From Chiloscyllium plagiosum (taxonomy: Eukaryota), in NCBI RefSeq assembly GCF_004010195.1, contig NC_057719.1:38874887-38938886 (forward strand): a stretch of 64,000 nucleotides of DNA, read 5' to 3'. Positions 26,481 through 39,640 of this stretch are shown in pieces. A program made the position numbers and the translations under genes. Each line of letters begins with the position of its first letter. Position 1 is the stretch's first letter. The notes beneath the pieces are model-generated. The model was given only the letters and a program-made list of their open reading frames with translations, was not told the origin of the DNA and did no database searches.

Positions 26481-27119
26481 AACCACTTCATGGTGACACA
26501 AAGTGGCAGAAGTTGGGCACTAAAAGCTAATCATGACAACTAATTGTTACTCAAGGCTGAAATGGTGGTAGCAGCAGTGAAATTTGTGACAAGACCTTTT
26601 CCTCAAGTAATTTCTCAACACCTACTTGAGTTCAGAGCTGAAGTTAACAACCAAGACTAAAAGTGTAACAACCTATACTGAAGCACAGTATGTACTTAAG
26701 CTCCATAATGGAGACATAATATTTGTGAGTAACCTTTCAATCTCTCATTAAAAAGGAAGACCAGGGCTGATCTGATTTAACAAATGGACCTTTTACAAGT
26801 GTATGCTATAGCTCTAATCTAATAAAATTGATTCTTGGGCAAGATACAGAAAAAAGACGACAATTTTCTAAATTAATAAGGCCTTTCCTCTGCACAAATT
26901 CTGCCATTTTTTTTTGAAATGTTGGAAAAACAAGATAAAGTTGTGCATGACACTACTTGCAGGAACAGCTCAGCTATTCTTTTAAATGAAGAAAATATAA
27001 AAGGAAGTGATAAACTCAAATTATAATCAATCATAATTTTAAATAAAAACTTTTTACTTCCAAGACCAACAAACAATGATAAAGCTGAGAAAGCAGTCAA
27101 AAGCCTGTTGCTGTCAGAA

Positions 27120-28155
27120 CAAAATTGGCTCGAAGGTAAGAGACTTGGTGGTGGAGTGTTGCTTTATGGACGGGAGGTCTGTGACCAGTGGTGTGCCACA
27201 AGCATTGCTGCTGGGTCCACTGCTTTTTAACATTTAAATAAATGATTTGGATGTGAATATAGGAGGTATGGTGAGTAAGTTTGCAGATGACACCATAATT
27301 GGAGGTTTAATTGACAGCGACGAAGGTTACCTCAGTACAATGGGACATCAATCAGATGAGCCAGTGAACTGAGGAGTGGCAAATGGAACTGTGCGAGGTG
27401 CTACATTTTGGAAGGGCAAATCTGGCCATGACCTATGTACGTAATGGAAAGGACCTGGGCGGTGTTGCCAGACAAAGAGACCTTGGAGTGCAGGTTCATA
27501 GTTCTTTGAAAGTGGAGTCACGGGTAGATAGCATACCTTTATTAGTCAGTGCACTGCATATAGGAATTGGGAGGTCATGTTGCAGCTGTACAGGACACTG
27601 GTTAGGTCACTTTTGGAATATTGTGTTCAATTCTGGTCTCCCTGCTTCAGGAAATATGTTGGGAAACTTGAAAGGATTCAGAAAAGGTTTACACAGAGAT
27701 GTTGCCAGGGTTGGAGTATTTGAGCTATAGGGAGAGGCTGAATAGGCTGGAGCTGTTTGCCCTGGAGAGTCATAGGCTGAGGGGTGACCTTATAGAAGTT
27801 TATAAAATCATGAAGGGCATAGATAGGCTAAATAGACAAGATCTTTTCCCCAGGATGGGGGAGTTCAAAATAGAGGGCATGTGTTTAAGGTTAAGGGGAA
27901 ATATTTAAAATGGACTAAGGGGCAACGTTTTCACAGAGGTTGGTGCATGTATGGAATGAACAGCCAGAGGAACTTATGAAGGCTGGTACAATTACAACAT
28001 TAAAAGACACCTGATGGGTATATGAATAGGAAGCATTTAGAGGGATATGGGCCAATTGCTGGCCAAGGAGACTAGATTAATTTAGGATATCTAGTCAGCA
28101 TGGACAAGTTGGATGAAGGATCTGTTTCCATGCTGCACATCTCTAAGACTCTAAA
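27120..28155 (+). mobile_element. Degraded CR1 LINE (RT to 3' UTR)
   Basis: 'SKFADDT', 'CEVLHFGRAN', 'RLRGDLIEVYKIMKG'. Confidence 0.92.
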
Positions 28156-29099
28156 TAAGTGAACATTTTCAGCAATTCTAGTGATGGCAGCAAAAATCCT
28201 GACAAAGTTTTCTAACTTTTAGAAGATCAATTTAAAGTTCAAGTTAACTTTGGAATACACAGCCTTGTTTTTATTATACTGACAACAGCCATTCAAAGGC
28301 AGGTTTCTATGTAAAAATACAGAATGTGATTTCACCAAACATAACCTAGCTTAAAGAAAATCCTATGGTCACTGACTCTACATTGCATTACTCGTTTCAG
28401 AAAAGCATTTCATGTTAAACCTAAGGAAAATACTACTTAGAAGACTACTAGAAGAATGATACAAGTTTAAAGCACTTGTAGGAGGCCAGAAACATCTTCA
28501 GATACTATGACTCTGACAGCTATTGCATGTATCATCATGGTCAATAAAACATCTAAATCTTGAAAGTGATGTGTCTTGTTCCACCTACTAAAATAGTGTT
28601 CAACATCTTGTGACATTGCAATCTCCTGTACAAGTGAACATTGACCTAAAGTGTCTTAGAAAGCAATTTATCCAGGGACACCATAATGATTCGTAGCAAT
28701 GTGTGAAGAACAAATATATTCAGTCAATGTTGCATTCAACATTCATAAGACCCAAAAGAAGTTGAGGAAGAAAGTTTGCTGACACCAGAGACTTAAACAT
28801 CATATGGCTTCCGAGCTTTAGTCCAGACAAAAATAGTTGATAAAAGTATTTGAACAATATTCTTAAAGGATAAAATAAATGTAACTGGATAAAAACTACC
28901 AAGGAAAGAATTGTTAACTGTGGTTTGAAGTTTTTGCACACAAATGAAAAGGTCATGCTGAGCTTACACTCAATGTGATACTGCCACCGTTCTGATGTAT
29001 TGTTAAAGTGAGAAGCTAACTGACCTCTTACGTGGTCATAGCAGATCCCATGATATTAATTTTAAAGAAGAGCATTTCTGGCCATTTAGGATTAAGAGT

Positions 29100-29215
29100 A
29101 AAGTAAAGCCAAAATACTGTGGATACCAGAAATAGGAAATAAAATTAGAAATAGCTGGAAATACTCAAAGGATTTGCTAGCATTTATGGAGAAAGGGACA
29201 GAATTAACATTCTCA
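29100..29215 (-). repeat. Degraded PLE-tail repeat
   Basis: CTGTGGATACCAGAAAT...GCTGGAAATACTC...GCATTTATGGAGAAAGGGACAGAATTAAC is similar to the 31.3-kb copy. Confidence 0.45.
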
Positions 29216-31059
29216 GGTGCAAAGAAAAGTTATATTCGTTGTAAAACATCACAAGCTTATTTTAAAATTGCAATATACTCCTCCATGGTGGGAGCATGTG
29301 CCATTAGCACTGATCTTAGCACTACATAGTTCATTTGAGGAGGGTACATCTGCTGATTTACAGAGCTGATGAGCAGCATGTGGTGGTGCAATGTGAGGAT
29401 TTGGAATCTTTTGACAGTGAAGCAGCTTGTTTCCTTCCTCAGTTGCACAGTGATAGATTTTGGACCTTACAGCAAGTATTTAACAGAAAGCTTTAATCTG
29501 AAAATAAACAATTTACGTAATCAATTAAAAGGTGTTAACTATGTTGCAAGGCCTGCCTTGATTGCACTAAATTTAATACTCAAATCCTGAATGGGACATG
29601 AAACCAAAATCTTTCACCTCAAAGAAATGAGTGGTACTGACCCTGACATTAAGGGAGAGAGTGAAACTTTGAGAACAGGGTTCAATTGGAAACCAGTCCC
29701 ATTAAAACTATTGAACCAATGCCACATACTGCTTCATGGAAAAATCTGGTGACCTCTGTAGCATGGATTTCCCCTTTCCTGTAATAGTTTAAATGTAGCA
29801 CCACATCAAGGCAATCTCTAGATATTTTTCAACAGTGATCTCATGAAGTAAGATAAACAGCCAATCACATTTTAGTATTTTCAGACAGCAAAGAGGGAAT
29901 AAAATGAATTGTTTATTCTTTACTTTTAATTAAATAAAATATGGAGTGCAATAAATTACATTGAAATATGGGATTGGAAAATGAAATATAAACAAACCTT
30001 TAAAAATGTATGTATTGTATAAAAGCATGATGGCAGCAGTTTCTGCAAATTTCATGCTTTGTTAAAATAACTACAGTATTGTGCTCTTTTGGCAAATGCT
30101 ACAATTAAGATAATTTAATATATTCATGCAACATGACTACTTGCACAACAACATCACTTTGTCTTATTCTTTGTCTTTTCACATCACTCCTATAATTACA
30201 AATCAGAGGTTGTGTCCTTCCGCCATCTATAATTCACCATTTTATAATATTATAATCGAGAGCAATATGAAACAATGATTGAGAGAAAAGAAAAACTGGT
30301 CCAATTATAATCTTCAGATATAAATGCAACTGTTGAACAAGGTATTCTGCTTTTCACGCAATCTACATTCAAGATTGTGCTGGTTTTAGAAAGCATTTTC
30401 TGTTCAGTTTTCCCCTCATATTTACATCCTACAGAATATAAAATCTGCCACATACGATGTATTTTGGAATATATTTTTCAAACATTACAGTTCAAATATA
30501 TTTTTGATATATATGAGTTCTAACATGGTGTGGTTCTATGAATGCAGTTGAAAATAGTTTTAGCACAAAAATAAGCAATCAACAACACTAATCCAGCATC
30601 TGTAAGTTACAATTAATTTTATAAATAATATCGAAGTTACTAGTTTCAAACGGGTACAATAGTCAATTCCTTATGAAATTAGAAGGTAAAATTTAAAAGC
30701 TGTCAATAAGTGTCTATTTATGCTCTTGCACATAATAAAACAGTCTTGATTAATTTCAAGATGCTAGCAAAGGTGCAATTAGTAAAATTTCATCATAGTA
30801 GTAATACCATTCTAGGTCATGGCCAGTTCAGTCAGTGGCCTACAATTCTTGGATGATTCTTCGTTTAGCACAAAAAGAATCAAGTCATTATGGATGTAAT
30901 TTGTGCTTGAAAAATCTTCAACATTTTGTGCTGGTTTGATTGATTTCACGCTGAAGATGCACCTGAGCAGAAACACCAGACTTAACAGTGGATCTATTTA
31001 GCTTTTCTTAATATTGTTGTAATGCAGCCAGAATGTAAAGTGCTTTCAAAACCAGAGCA

Positions 31060-31850
31060 GCCATACAAATATTGTAGCTACAAATGCTGCTCAGAATCTG
31101 GGAATTCTAAGGCAAATAACTTACCTTCTGACTGCTTACAACCTATTCATCATCTAGAAGCACAAATTCAGAATGCGAATACTCTTAATTTGCTTGAATG
31201 AGTCAAGTTCCAACAACACAAGCTCAACACCATCCAGAAAAATAATACTAACAGTTAAGTATTGCAGATGCTGGAAATTTGAAATAAAAACATAAAATGC
31301 TGGAGAAACTCAACAGGTCTGGCAGCATCTGTGGAGAGAGAAACAAAGTTAATGTTTTGAGTCTGGTATGATTCTTTTTCAAAACTCTAATCTAGAAATG
31401 CAGATATTGCTGTCAGCAATTCTATTCTTCCCCCCTTTTGTTCCAAAGAAGACTCATACTTGACTTGAAATATGAACATTATTTTAGGTCAAAGTAGCCC
31501 ACTGATCAGCATCCCATCTGTAAATTTAAACATATACTTCCTACACTGCTGTGCACAGTGGCAGCTGGATTTATTATCTAAACAACTCGCTGTAGCAAGT
31601 CACCAAGATTCTTTCAATTGCATTTCTCAAAAGCACAAAATAGAAGAACAAGGGCAATAGATGGACAAGAAGACTATTAACAGCTGCAAGTTTCCCTCCA
31701 TATCATACACCACTTCAACTTGGAAATATACTGTGTTTCCTTCAATTTTAGTGGGTCAAAAATCTTGGAATATCCTATCTAACAGAATTGTGGGTAAATA
31801 GAGGCATCAGGAACTATAAGGGTTAAAGGTAGCAAGTCACCACTTGCCAT
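31060..31850 (+). mobile_element. Degraded LINE 3' part (family of 45995-46940) interrupted by a PLE-tail repeat at about 31255-31480
   Basis: CAACAACACAAGCTCAACACCATCCAG and ACTTGGAAATATA match 46.5-46.8 kb. The insert has GCAGATGCTGG...CTGGCAGCATCTGTGGAGAGAG. Confidence 0.65.
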
Positions 31851-31866
31851 ATAGGAAAATTAATAC

Positions 31867-32920
31867 CTGGATGTAAGTTTGCTCACTGAGCTAGAAGGTT
31901 CATTTTCAGATGTTTCACCACCATACTACGTAATATCTTCTGTGAGCCTCCAGATGACACACTGGTGGTGCAGCCTGCTTTCTATTTATATCTTGGGTTT
32001 CCTTGGGATGGTGATGTCATTTCCTGTGGTGACATTGTTTCCTATGGTGATGTCATTTCCTGATTTTTTTTTCAGGGTGGTAAATGGGATCCAAGTCAAT
32101 GTGTTTGTTGATAGACTAATGTCATGCTTCTATGAATTCTTGTGCACGTCTCTGGCTTGTCCTAGGAAGGATGTGTTGTCCCAGTCGAAGTGGTGTCCTT
32201 CCTCATCCGTATGTGAGGATACTAATGAGAGTTGGTCATGTCATTTTGTGGCAAGTTGATGTTCATGTATCCTGATGGCTAGTTTTNNNNNNNNNNNNNN
32301 NNNNNNNNNNNNNNNNNNNNNNNNNNNNNNNNNNNNNNNNNNNNNNNNNNNNNNNNNNNNNNNNNNNNNNNNNNNNNNNNNNNNNNNNNNNNNNNNNNNN
32401 NNNNNNNNNNNNNNNNNNNNNNNNNNNNNNNNNNNNNNNNNNNNNNNNNNNNNNNNNNNNNNNNNNNNNNNNNNNNNNNNNNNNNNNNNNNNNNNNNNNN
32501 NNNNNNNNNNNNNNNNNNNNNNNNNNNNNNNNNNNNNNNNNNNNNNNNNNNNNNNNNNNNNNNNNNNNNNNNNNNNNNNNNNNNNNNNNNNNNNNNNNNN
32601 NNNNNNNNNNNNNNNNNNNNNNNNNNNNNNNNNNNNNNNNNNNNNNNNNNNNNNNNNNNNNNNNNNNNNNNNNNNNNNNNNNNNNNNNNNNNNNNNNNNN
32701 NNNNNNNNNNNNNNNNNNNNNNNNNNNNNNNNNNNNNNNNNNNNNNNNNNNNNNNNNNNNNNNNNNNNNNNNNNNNNNNNNNNNNNACCCTGCACTGCTA
32801 GACTACTCAGACCTCTTGACATCATGGTAGTTCACAAACCCACCAACATACTAAAACAGCAGCTAATGAACTTGAAAGACCCTAGACAGACAACAAGTAA
32901 AACTAATGTCATTTACAAGG
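31867..32920. mobile_element. Penelope-like element (second family), inverted halves around an N gap
   Basis: Minus strand 'KLAIRIHEHQLATK'; plus strand 'TARLLRPLDIMVVHKPTNILKQQL...NVIYK'. Its terminus matches the 42.17-kb mini-element. Confidence 0.88.
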
Positions 32921-33061
32921 AGGAGCTAGCCAGTGTTGTATGAGCATTTAGTATATTTGGTTTGCATTTTTCTAGCACTAAGTCAATGTAGCTAACAGTG
33001 ATGTGTACTTAGTTTTAAGTTGAACCTGATGTCTCACAATCTAGAGACAAGCTTCATTATT

Positions 33062-33270
33062 TGATGTAATATTATTAGATAATAAATATTTTAAAATAAA
33101 CTTTTACTTCTTATCAAGATTGAGCCTATCTTCTGCTGAAGTATTTCTGTGACATCTTTTATTCTTCCCCACTTGATATCAATAGTTTAGAATAACACTA
33201 ATAAGAAGGATTGGTCACAGTGAGTTTGCTCAAGGCATCACAGATCGTTTAACCACACTATATCATAAAT
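33062..33270 (+). repeat. Ancient ~200-bp repeat, putative 5' LTR
   Basis: Aligns by eye to 38424-38600 (+) and 63234-63416 (-): GATGTA...AGATAAT...TTATCAA..CCTATCTTCTGCTGAAG...TTCTTCCCCA...AATAAGAAGGA. Confidence 0.55.
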
Positions 33271-33914
33271 AATGAGGGTTTTGTCATACACAGTATGTAG
33301 CAGGAATGGATACAACTGAAGAAATCATTAGTTCTACAAAAGCCCCAATCATCCAAGGAAAAAATTCCAGTCGGAAATCTACATGTCCCTTTAAATAATC
33401 AGCTGCAGAAAAGCACACAGAGCCTGTCAGCTTCTGTGAACACAGCAGGAAGCAGCTTAAAAGGCAGCCACACTGCCAGCAGTATTATGCCCTTCCTGTA
33501 AAAGCTTGAAACAGCTACAAATTATGAAAACTACTGACCAAATTTGTGTTTGTATCAGAGTCTTATCAAAGTTATAACGGGAAAAATCTGAATCATAAAA
33601 CTTGAGCTAATACTGTTGATATTGGTCAACTGAAGCAAGTCCTTGAGAGGGAGGGTGAAAGTTTTCCACATAAGGAGAATTTCCAGGTGAGAGATAAAAG
33701 AAGGCTTAATGCATCATATTTAATAAATGAGAATCTCTAAAATTGTTTAAAATTATCAGGATAAGCACAAAAAGTCAAGGAATAGTTAAAACACCAAGAA
33801 ACTTTAACTAATGAAACCTCAAAAAGCAGCAAAAGTGTTTATTAAAAAAACAGGAAATGGTACATAATTATTTGTCCTCCATTTTATGGGAAAATAAAAA
33901 TGCTGCTACTTGTA

Positions 33915-34420
33915 TGAACATCTGAATTAGGAGCAGGAATATGCAATTCAGCCCCTCAAGCTTGCTCTACCATTCAAGGAGATCATGACTGATCTGATTG
34001 CAACTTCAAATCCACATTCCCACCTACATTTGATAACCTTTCAACCTCTTGCATAATAAGACTATTTGCTTTGGTCTTACAATTATTCAAAGATCCTGCT
34101 TCCACTTTTTCAGGAAGAGAGTTTAAAACATACACAACCTCTGTCTATAAAAATGCACCTAGTCTCTGTTTTAAATTGTAAACAGTTACTGCTAGTACTA
34201 AAGTCGCACATAAGGGGGAAGATCCTCTCTACATCTACCTGTCAAGACCAATCAGGATTTTATATGTTTCAGTTAATTTGCCTCTTACTCTTCTAAACTC
34301 CAGTGGATACAAGCCTAGCACGTCCAAATTCTCCTTATGCGACAACCATCCATTCTAGGTTTTAGCCTACAAAACATTCCTTGAACTCTAATGCATTTAT
34401 ATCCACCTCAAATAATGTTA
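33915..34420 (-). mobile_element. Degraded CR1 LINE 3' fragment
   Basis: Reverse complement of a CR1 3' UTR and ORF2 end (GGAGTTTAGAAGAGTAAGAGG..., CCTGCTCCTAATTC). Confidence 0.75.
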
Positions 34421-34816
34421 ATGCATTTCACAATCTTTAAATGTTTGAAAATAATGTTTTCAGTATAAACGTGAGGATAATTCTGAAACATTTAGCATAT
34501 TTTCAATTTTAATTTACAGTAATAAAAGAACATTTCTGAAATGGGAAATAAGAAATGATTAAAAATCTTCATTCAACGAACAAAGCTTCTTTGTGACAAA
34601 ACTTCATTAGCAATTCATCTTCATTATTTAATAATTAAAGAAAATATGACAATTTAAAACTTGCTTAAGAAGACCTAACGTTTTATACAATTGAAGTGAT
34701 TGTACAATTTTAAACACTGAACAGTAAAAGAAGCTGTTCCTGCAAACAATTAAAATGATTACGATAAAAGCATTCAAGTGAATAATTTATATTAGAGAAA
34801 CAATAGCAATTAAAAC

Positions 34817-35700
34817 ATGGAAAAAAAATACCTCCAAGAAGATTTAAAAGCACAAATGCTTCAGACAAGGAAGTAAGATTAGACTATTATGGACAAAGTT
34901 CAAGTTATTCAGAATGGTTTTAGTAGTTCAGAATCAGAGAAAAGTGAGTAAGCATATTTATTTATTGGTAGAGTGGTAGCAGATCATGTTTTAAAATAAC
35001 AATGTAAGAGAAGATACAGATACTGTAGAATATTATTGTAAGAGCATTTAACAATTATTATACATCAGGTATCATCAGGTATCAATTGGCATGGGGTCTG
35101 GGTGGGATGCTCTTTGGAAGGTTGGCGCAAACTCAATTGGCCAAATGGTCTCTTTTCACACTGCAGTTATTCTATGATTCTATGATATAATGGACAGAGA
35201 AAGATCTAGTGGAAAAAATCCATATTGTAGGAGAATGTATTGCCAACTTTATTCATCGTCTTTTAACATTGGCAGATATTGTTATTGCAATGATTTCCAA
35301 TCAGAAGTCATTTGACTCAGAATTGTCAGAATTTATGATTTATTTCTTTCAGGGATGTAACGATGAAAAGAGGATCTCACAAGAGAAAAACCAACCAGTT
35401 AGTGATAGAAGCTGAAATCTGAAAACAGCATTTGAAATATGGGAAATGTAAGTCAAACTAGCTCAAGAAGTTCATCAGGATTTGTCAACTTTCTAAGGTA
35501 ACAAAACCCAGGAACATCACATGATAAAGGTCTTTAAATCCTTTGATTCCAGATGGTACAGTTCTAAATGTAGAGTTACAAAGGACACATAGAAACAATG
35601 TCCAGCTTTATCATGCCAATGCAACATTTCTAGAAAACTAAGATATTTCCAGAGAAGTACAAAAGTTGAAAGATGACTATTAAACAACAGAACTAATAAT
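34817..35700 (+). pseudogene. Degenerate Ty3/Gypsy gag
   Basis: 'MEKKIPPRRF', 'GECIANFIHRLLTLAD', 'EDLTREK..EAE' and a zinc-knuckle-like 'KCRVTKDT*KQCPALSCQCNISRKLRYF', read across frameshifts. Confidence 0.55.
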
Positions 35701-36409
35701 ACTTATGTGTAAAAATCCTTTCAGCGAATATCTTTGAGAGAATACTTAAAATACCAAGACTCACCGTCATTGAAACACATATCATTATTTGATGGCATAC
35801 CACTTTGGAAGATACAAATCAACCTTTCCTGGGGCTAATAGATGATTCATCTGACACAAATATGATAGTAATCATGCAGGTCATCCAACTAATTTCAAAC
35901 TTCATACTAGGGAGAGTGATAGTGTATTAGCTGAAAAACATCCTTTGATTAGGAGAAGGAAACTGGAACAGTCTGACAGAGGACCGTATGGCACAGACAG
36001 AACACCACTCAAAAACAAATCTCAAGAATACTCTTAAAATACTGAGATCAATACACTGTAAAAAACGCATACATCATCAAAACCAATACCACTCACCTCT
36101 GAGCAGAAAAGTGTGCTTTGCTCTTAAAAGTTTACACTATGTTGAAGAACCTCAACCAGCTTTGAAGCCAAATATTATAGACAAATGTTACTCAACTTAA
36201 TAAAAGTAAGATTTCAAAGGTCTTAGAAAAATATTCACTAAGCTTAATAGAACAATGTCACTCAAGATGAATTAATATACAGTCCATTAACTCCATGATT
36301 GAGGGATCAGAAGATATGACGAACTTTCTAGGCCACGAGAAATTACTTAATGTCTCCCAACTGCAGATGACTCTTCAAAATCTGATCTTCTGGTACCTAT
36401 GATATTACT

Positions 36410-37150
36410 GAGACCATAAACCATAAGAAATAGGTTCCATCATTCAACTGGCTGATTCAAAATTCCTCACATCCACTTTCCTGCCCTTTGCTCAAAACCC
36501 TTTGATTCCTTTATTGATGAAGAATCTATCTATCGCAGCCTTAAATATACATAAGGACTCTTCCCTCACAGCTTTCAGTGACAAAGAGTTCCAAAGACTC
36601 AAAACCCTCTAAAAGAAGTAACCCTTTGGATGGGTACATGAACAGGAAGGGTTTAGAGGGGTATGGGCCAAATGCTAGCAAATGGGACTAGATCAGTTTA
36701 GGATATCTGGTCAGCATGAATGAGTTGGACCAAAGGAACTGTTTCTGTGCTGTACATCTGTGTGACTCTATCTCATCTTGACACTCCTTAATTCTGAGAT
36801 TATAGCCTCTGGTCCTAGACTCTCTCAGAGAAGAAACATTCTCTCAGCATTTACACTGTCAAGCCCCACAAGAATCTTTTATGTTAAATGAGATCACCTC
36901 TCATTCTTATAAATTCCAATGAGTAGAGTCCCAACCTGTTTAGCATTTGTTCATAAGACAATCCTTCCATACAGGGAATCATCCTTGTGAACCTTCTCTG
37001 AACCGCCTCCAATGAAATAATATCTTTTCTTAGGTCAGGGCACCAAAACTGCTCACAGTACTCAAAACATTGTCTCTCCAGTACTTTGTACAATTGCATC
37101 TCCTTGAAGTAATGGGCAACATTCATCAACTTTCCTGATTACCTGCTGTG
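36410..37150 (-). mobile_element. Degraded CR1 LINE with an oppositely oriented CR1 3' end nested at about 36625-36770
   Basis: 'EYCEQFWCPDLRKDIISLEAVQRRFTRMIP' on minus; GGATGGGTACATGAACAGGAAGGG...GTGACTCTAT on plus. Confidence 0.88.
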
Positions 37151-37159
37151 CCTGTGGTC

Positions 37160-37310
37160 TATCAATCACAGGATATGGATGTCACTGGCTAGGCTAGTAT
37201 TTTGTGCTCATTCCTAATTGCCCAGAGGACAGTTAAGAGTCAAATACATTGCTATGGCTCTGGAGTCACATATTAGGCCAGACTAGGTAAGGATGCCAGA
37301 TTTCCTTCCT
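37160..37310 (-). mobile_element. DeuSINE/SacSINE1-like 3' fragment
   Basis: Reverse complement GAAGGAAATCTGGCATCCTTACCTAGTCTGGCC...GTGACTCCAGAGCC...GGGCAATTAGG. Confidence 0.7.
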
Positions 37311-37573
37311 TTCTTCATTCACAATTATCCTTTCATGATGCAGCTTTCTGTAGTTTTTTTTTCATTTAAATAATATTCTATACTTTTGTTCTATCTTCCA
37401 AAATGCACATCAGGTCTAGGTAGTATAATCTTGAAGCAGTCAGTTCCGCTCTTTAGAAGAAGCTGTACTAAAATAATATAGTCAGCTTTATTGTCTATGT
37501 TTGAAATTGATAGACTACTAGAGGTGATAGACTACTGGAGGCTTTCTCCCCACCAGTGACAAATAATGAATAT

Positions 37574-37930
37574 GGGCACAACAAGGTGGCTCAGTGGTTA
37601 GCACTGCCAGGGACCTGGGTTCCATTCCACCCTTGGGTGACTGTCTGTGTGGAGTTTGCATGTTCTCCCTGTGACTGTGTGGGTTTCCACCGGGTTTCCA
37701 CCAGTGTGATTAATGGTACTCCAGTTTCATCCCACAGTCCAAAGATGTGCAAGTTAGGTGCATTGGTTATGTGAAATTACCCTAGTGTTCAGGAATGAGT
37801 AGGTTAGGCACGTAAGCCATGGGAAATGCAGGGTTACAGGGATGGGGTGGGTCTGGGTGGGATAGTTTTTGGAGGGTTGGTATGGACTTGTTGGGCTGAA
37901 TGGCCTGTTTCCATACCATAGGGATTCTAA
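37574..37930 (+). mobile_element. HE1-type V-SINE
   Basis: GGTGGCTCAGTGGTTAGC head, V-domain GTCTGTGTGGAGTTTGC, and tail GGGATTCTA. Confidence 0.9.
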
Positions 37931-38423
37931 CTAGTGGATCAACTGTTTGATGCTTGAAGTGCACCTGGGTGTTGATTTATTTAGACATTCTGCTCCAACA
38001 ATTCTCTGACATGGTTTGAGGAAACTAAAGATCACCTAAGGGAAACAAATATTCAACATTGACATTGATGCCAGAAAATATCCTTTGCAAAGAACTTTGG
38101 AAAGTCAAGGATTCGTCAAATTCCAATATAGCGACAATCCACACTGCAAACTGTTCTGCCCTCAAGCAGCAGACTTTCAACCCAATCAAGTCATCAGCCA
38201 GTTATGACGTCAGAGACTAGGGAGGAAACAGGATAATGCTCCATCTAATTTATTTATTTGAGACAATATATAAATAATTTAACAACCATAAAATGCTTGA
38301 GGATGGAGGAGGCAGATGATGACACATTCTCTGTTTTTTCTTTCAATTTGATACTTTCTTTAACTTCCTTTATTAACTGCTGTCAGCTTAACCCCCTCCT
38401 AGAGTCCTTCTTCCATTTATCTT

Positions 38424-38600
38424 AGATGTACAAGATAATACTTGTCATGTAATAAACTTGCACTGTTTATCAAAATTGGACCTATCTTCTGCTGAAGACT
38501 TTGTGTAGGTATTCTTCCCCAGTTAGCATCAATAAGAAGGAATGATGACAATGAATCTACCCAAGGAATCCCAAATGGTTTAGCCACATCAGACCATTGA
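38424..38600 (+). repeat. Ancient ~200-bp repeat, putative 3' LTR
   Basis: Diverged direct repeat of 33062-33270. Confidence 0.55.
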
Positions 38601-39339
38601 TAGTGATATTGGGAGGTATTTTCCAAATATAAGAAATATCATTTCCTTAGGGTTAATTAGAGATGGACAATAAATGCTAGGCTTTCTCGCAATTGTTTTC
38701 CCAGTAATTCGTTTTTTAAATTCCAAGTCATTATTCTGTTGCACAAAATGGAAGTAGGATGTACCAAGGTTATTCTGGATTAGGCATAAAAATATGATTA
38801 AACACTGGGTTTATCAAGTGTGAAAAATTACATGTGTCTGCCTTTGACTAACTGCGAACTGGGCAGATGCTTTTTAAAATATGTGCTGGTAAAGTAGAGC
38901 CTTTGGGAAAATTATTTTTGTGCCACGATAAGTGCTTGATGATAATGTACAGACACAGCCTAGAACTTCTGAAGGCCACAAGACAAACTTTTAATAAGAT
39001 TTGGCCATAATAATGTACATAAAAACATTAGTATTGTTTCCAATTTATTTGCATAGTGGCCTGAAAATGACAGTCAGTAAAAGCAGATACAGTTTTCTAT
39101 AAGCTCTACCAAAAAGCAGTTTTTTGTTCATTCAGATAGACATGGGATATCATATTATCAAATGTAAATCGACTGTATAAATAGTCTTTGACAAGAGGAC
39201 GTGTTGCACATAAAGCAGTGCAAATCAAAGTAAACACATAAGGAGGGAGTCAGCATCACCTGGATGCACAGGCAAGAGCAGGATCCAGAGATTTTGTGAT
39301 TCTGTGTGATTATGATTCCCTATCTTGATACTCTTCTCT

Positions 39340-39640
39340 TGCCTGTTCCTCTCAACACTGCTTCTGCACTCTTTCCAATGCATTCACATCTTTCCTAAAA
39401 TGTGGCACTCAGAACTGTACACAATACTCCAGGTGACATCTAGTAAGGGTCTTATACAGATTCAATATCACCATTTACTCTATGTCCTATTAATATAGAC
39501 GAGAACATTATATGCTTTAATTACTGTTCTCTCCACCTGTCTTGCCAATGCCCTGTGCACAGATATACACAGGACCCTCTGCTCGTGCAGCCCCCTTAGA
39601 ATAATACACCCTATTTTCTATTGTTTTTCACTGTCCTTCC
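39340..39640 (-). mobile_element. Degraded CR1 fragment
   Basis: Reverse complement contains CACCTGGAGTATTGTGTACAGTTCTG ('HLEYCVQF'). Confidence 0.7.

Noticed and set aside
30250..30453. 67-aa minus-strand ORF with an acceptor-like TTCTGTAG
   Set aside because: No recognisable homology, no partner exons, and the length is compatible with chance.
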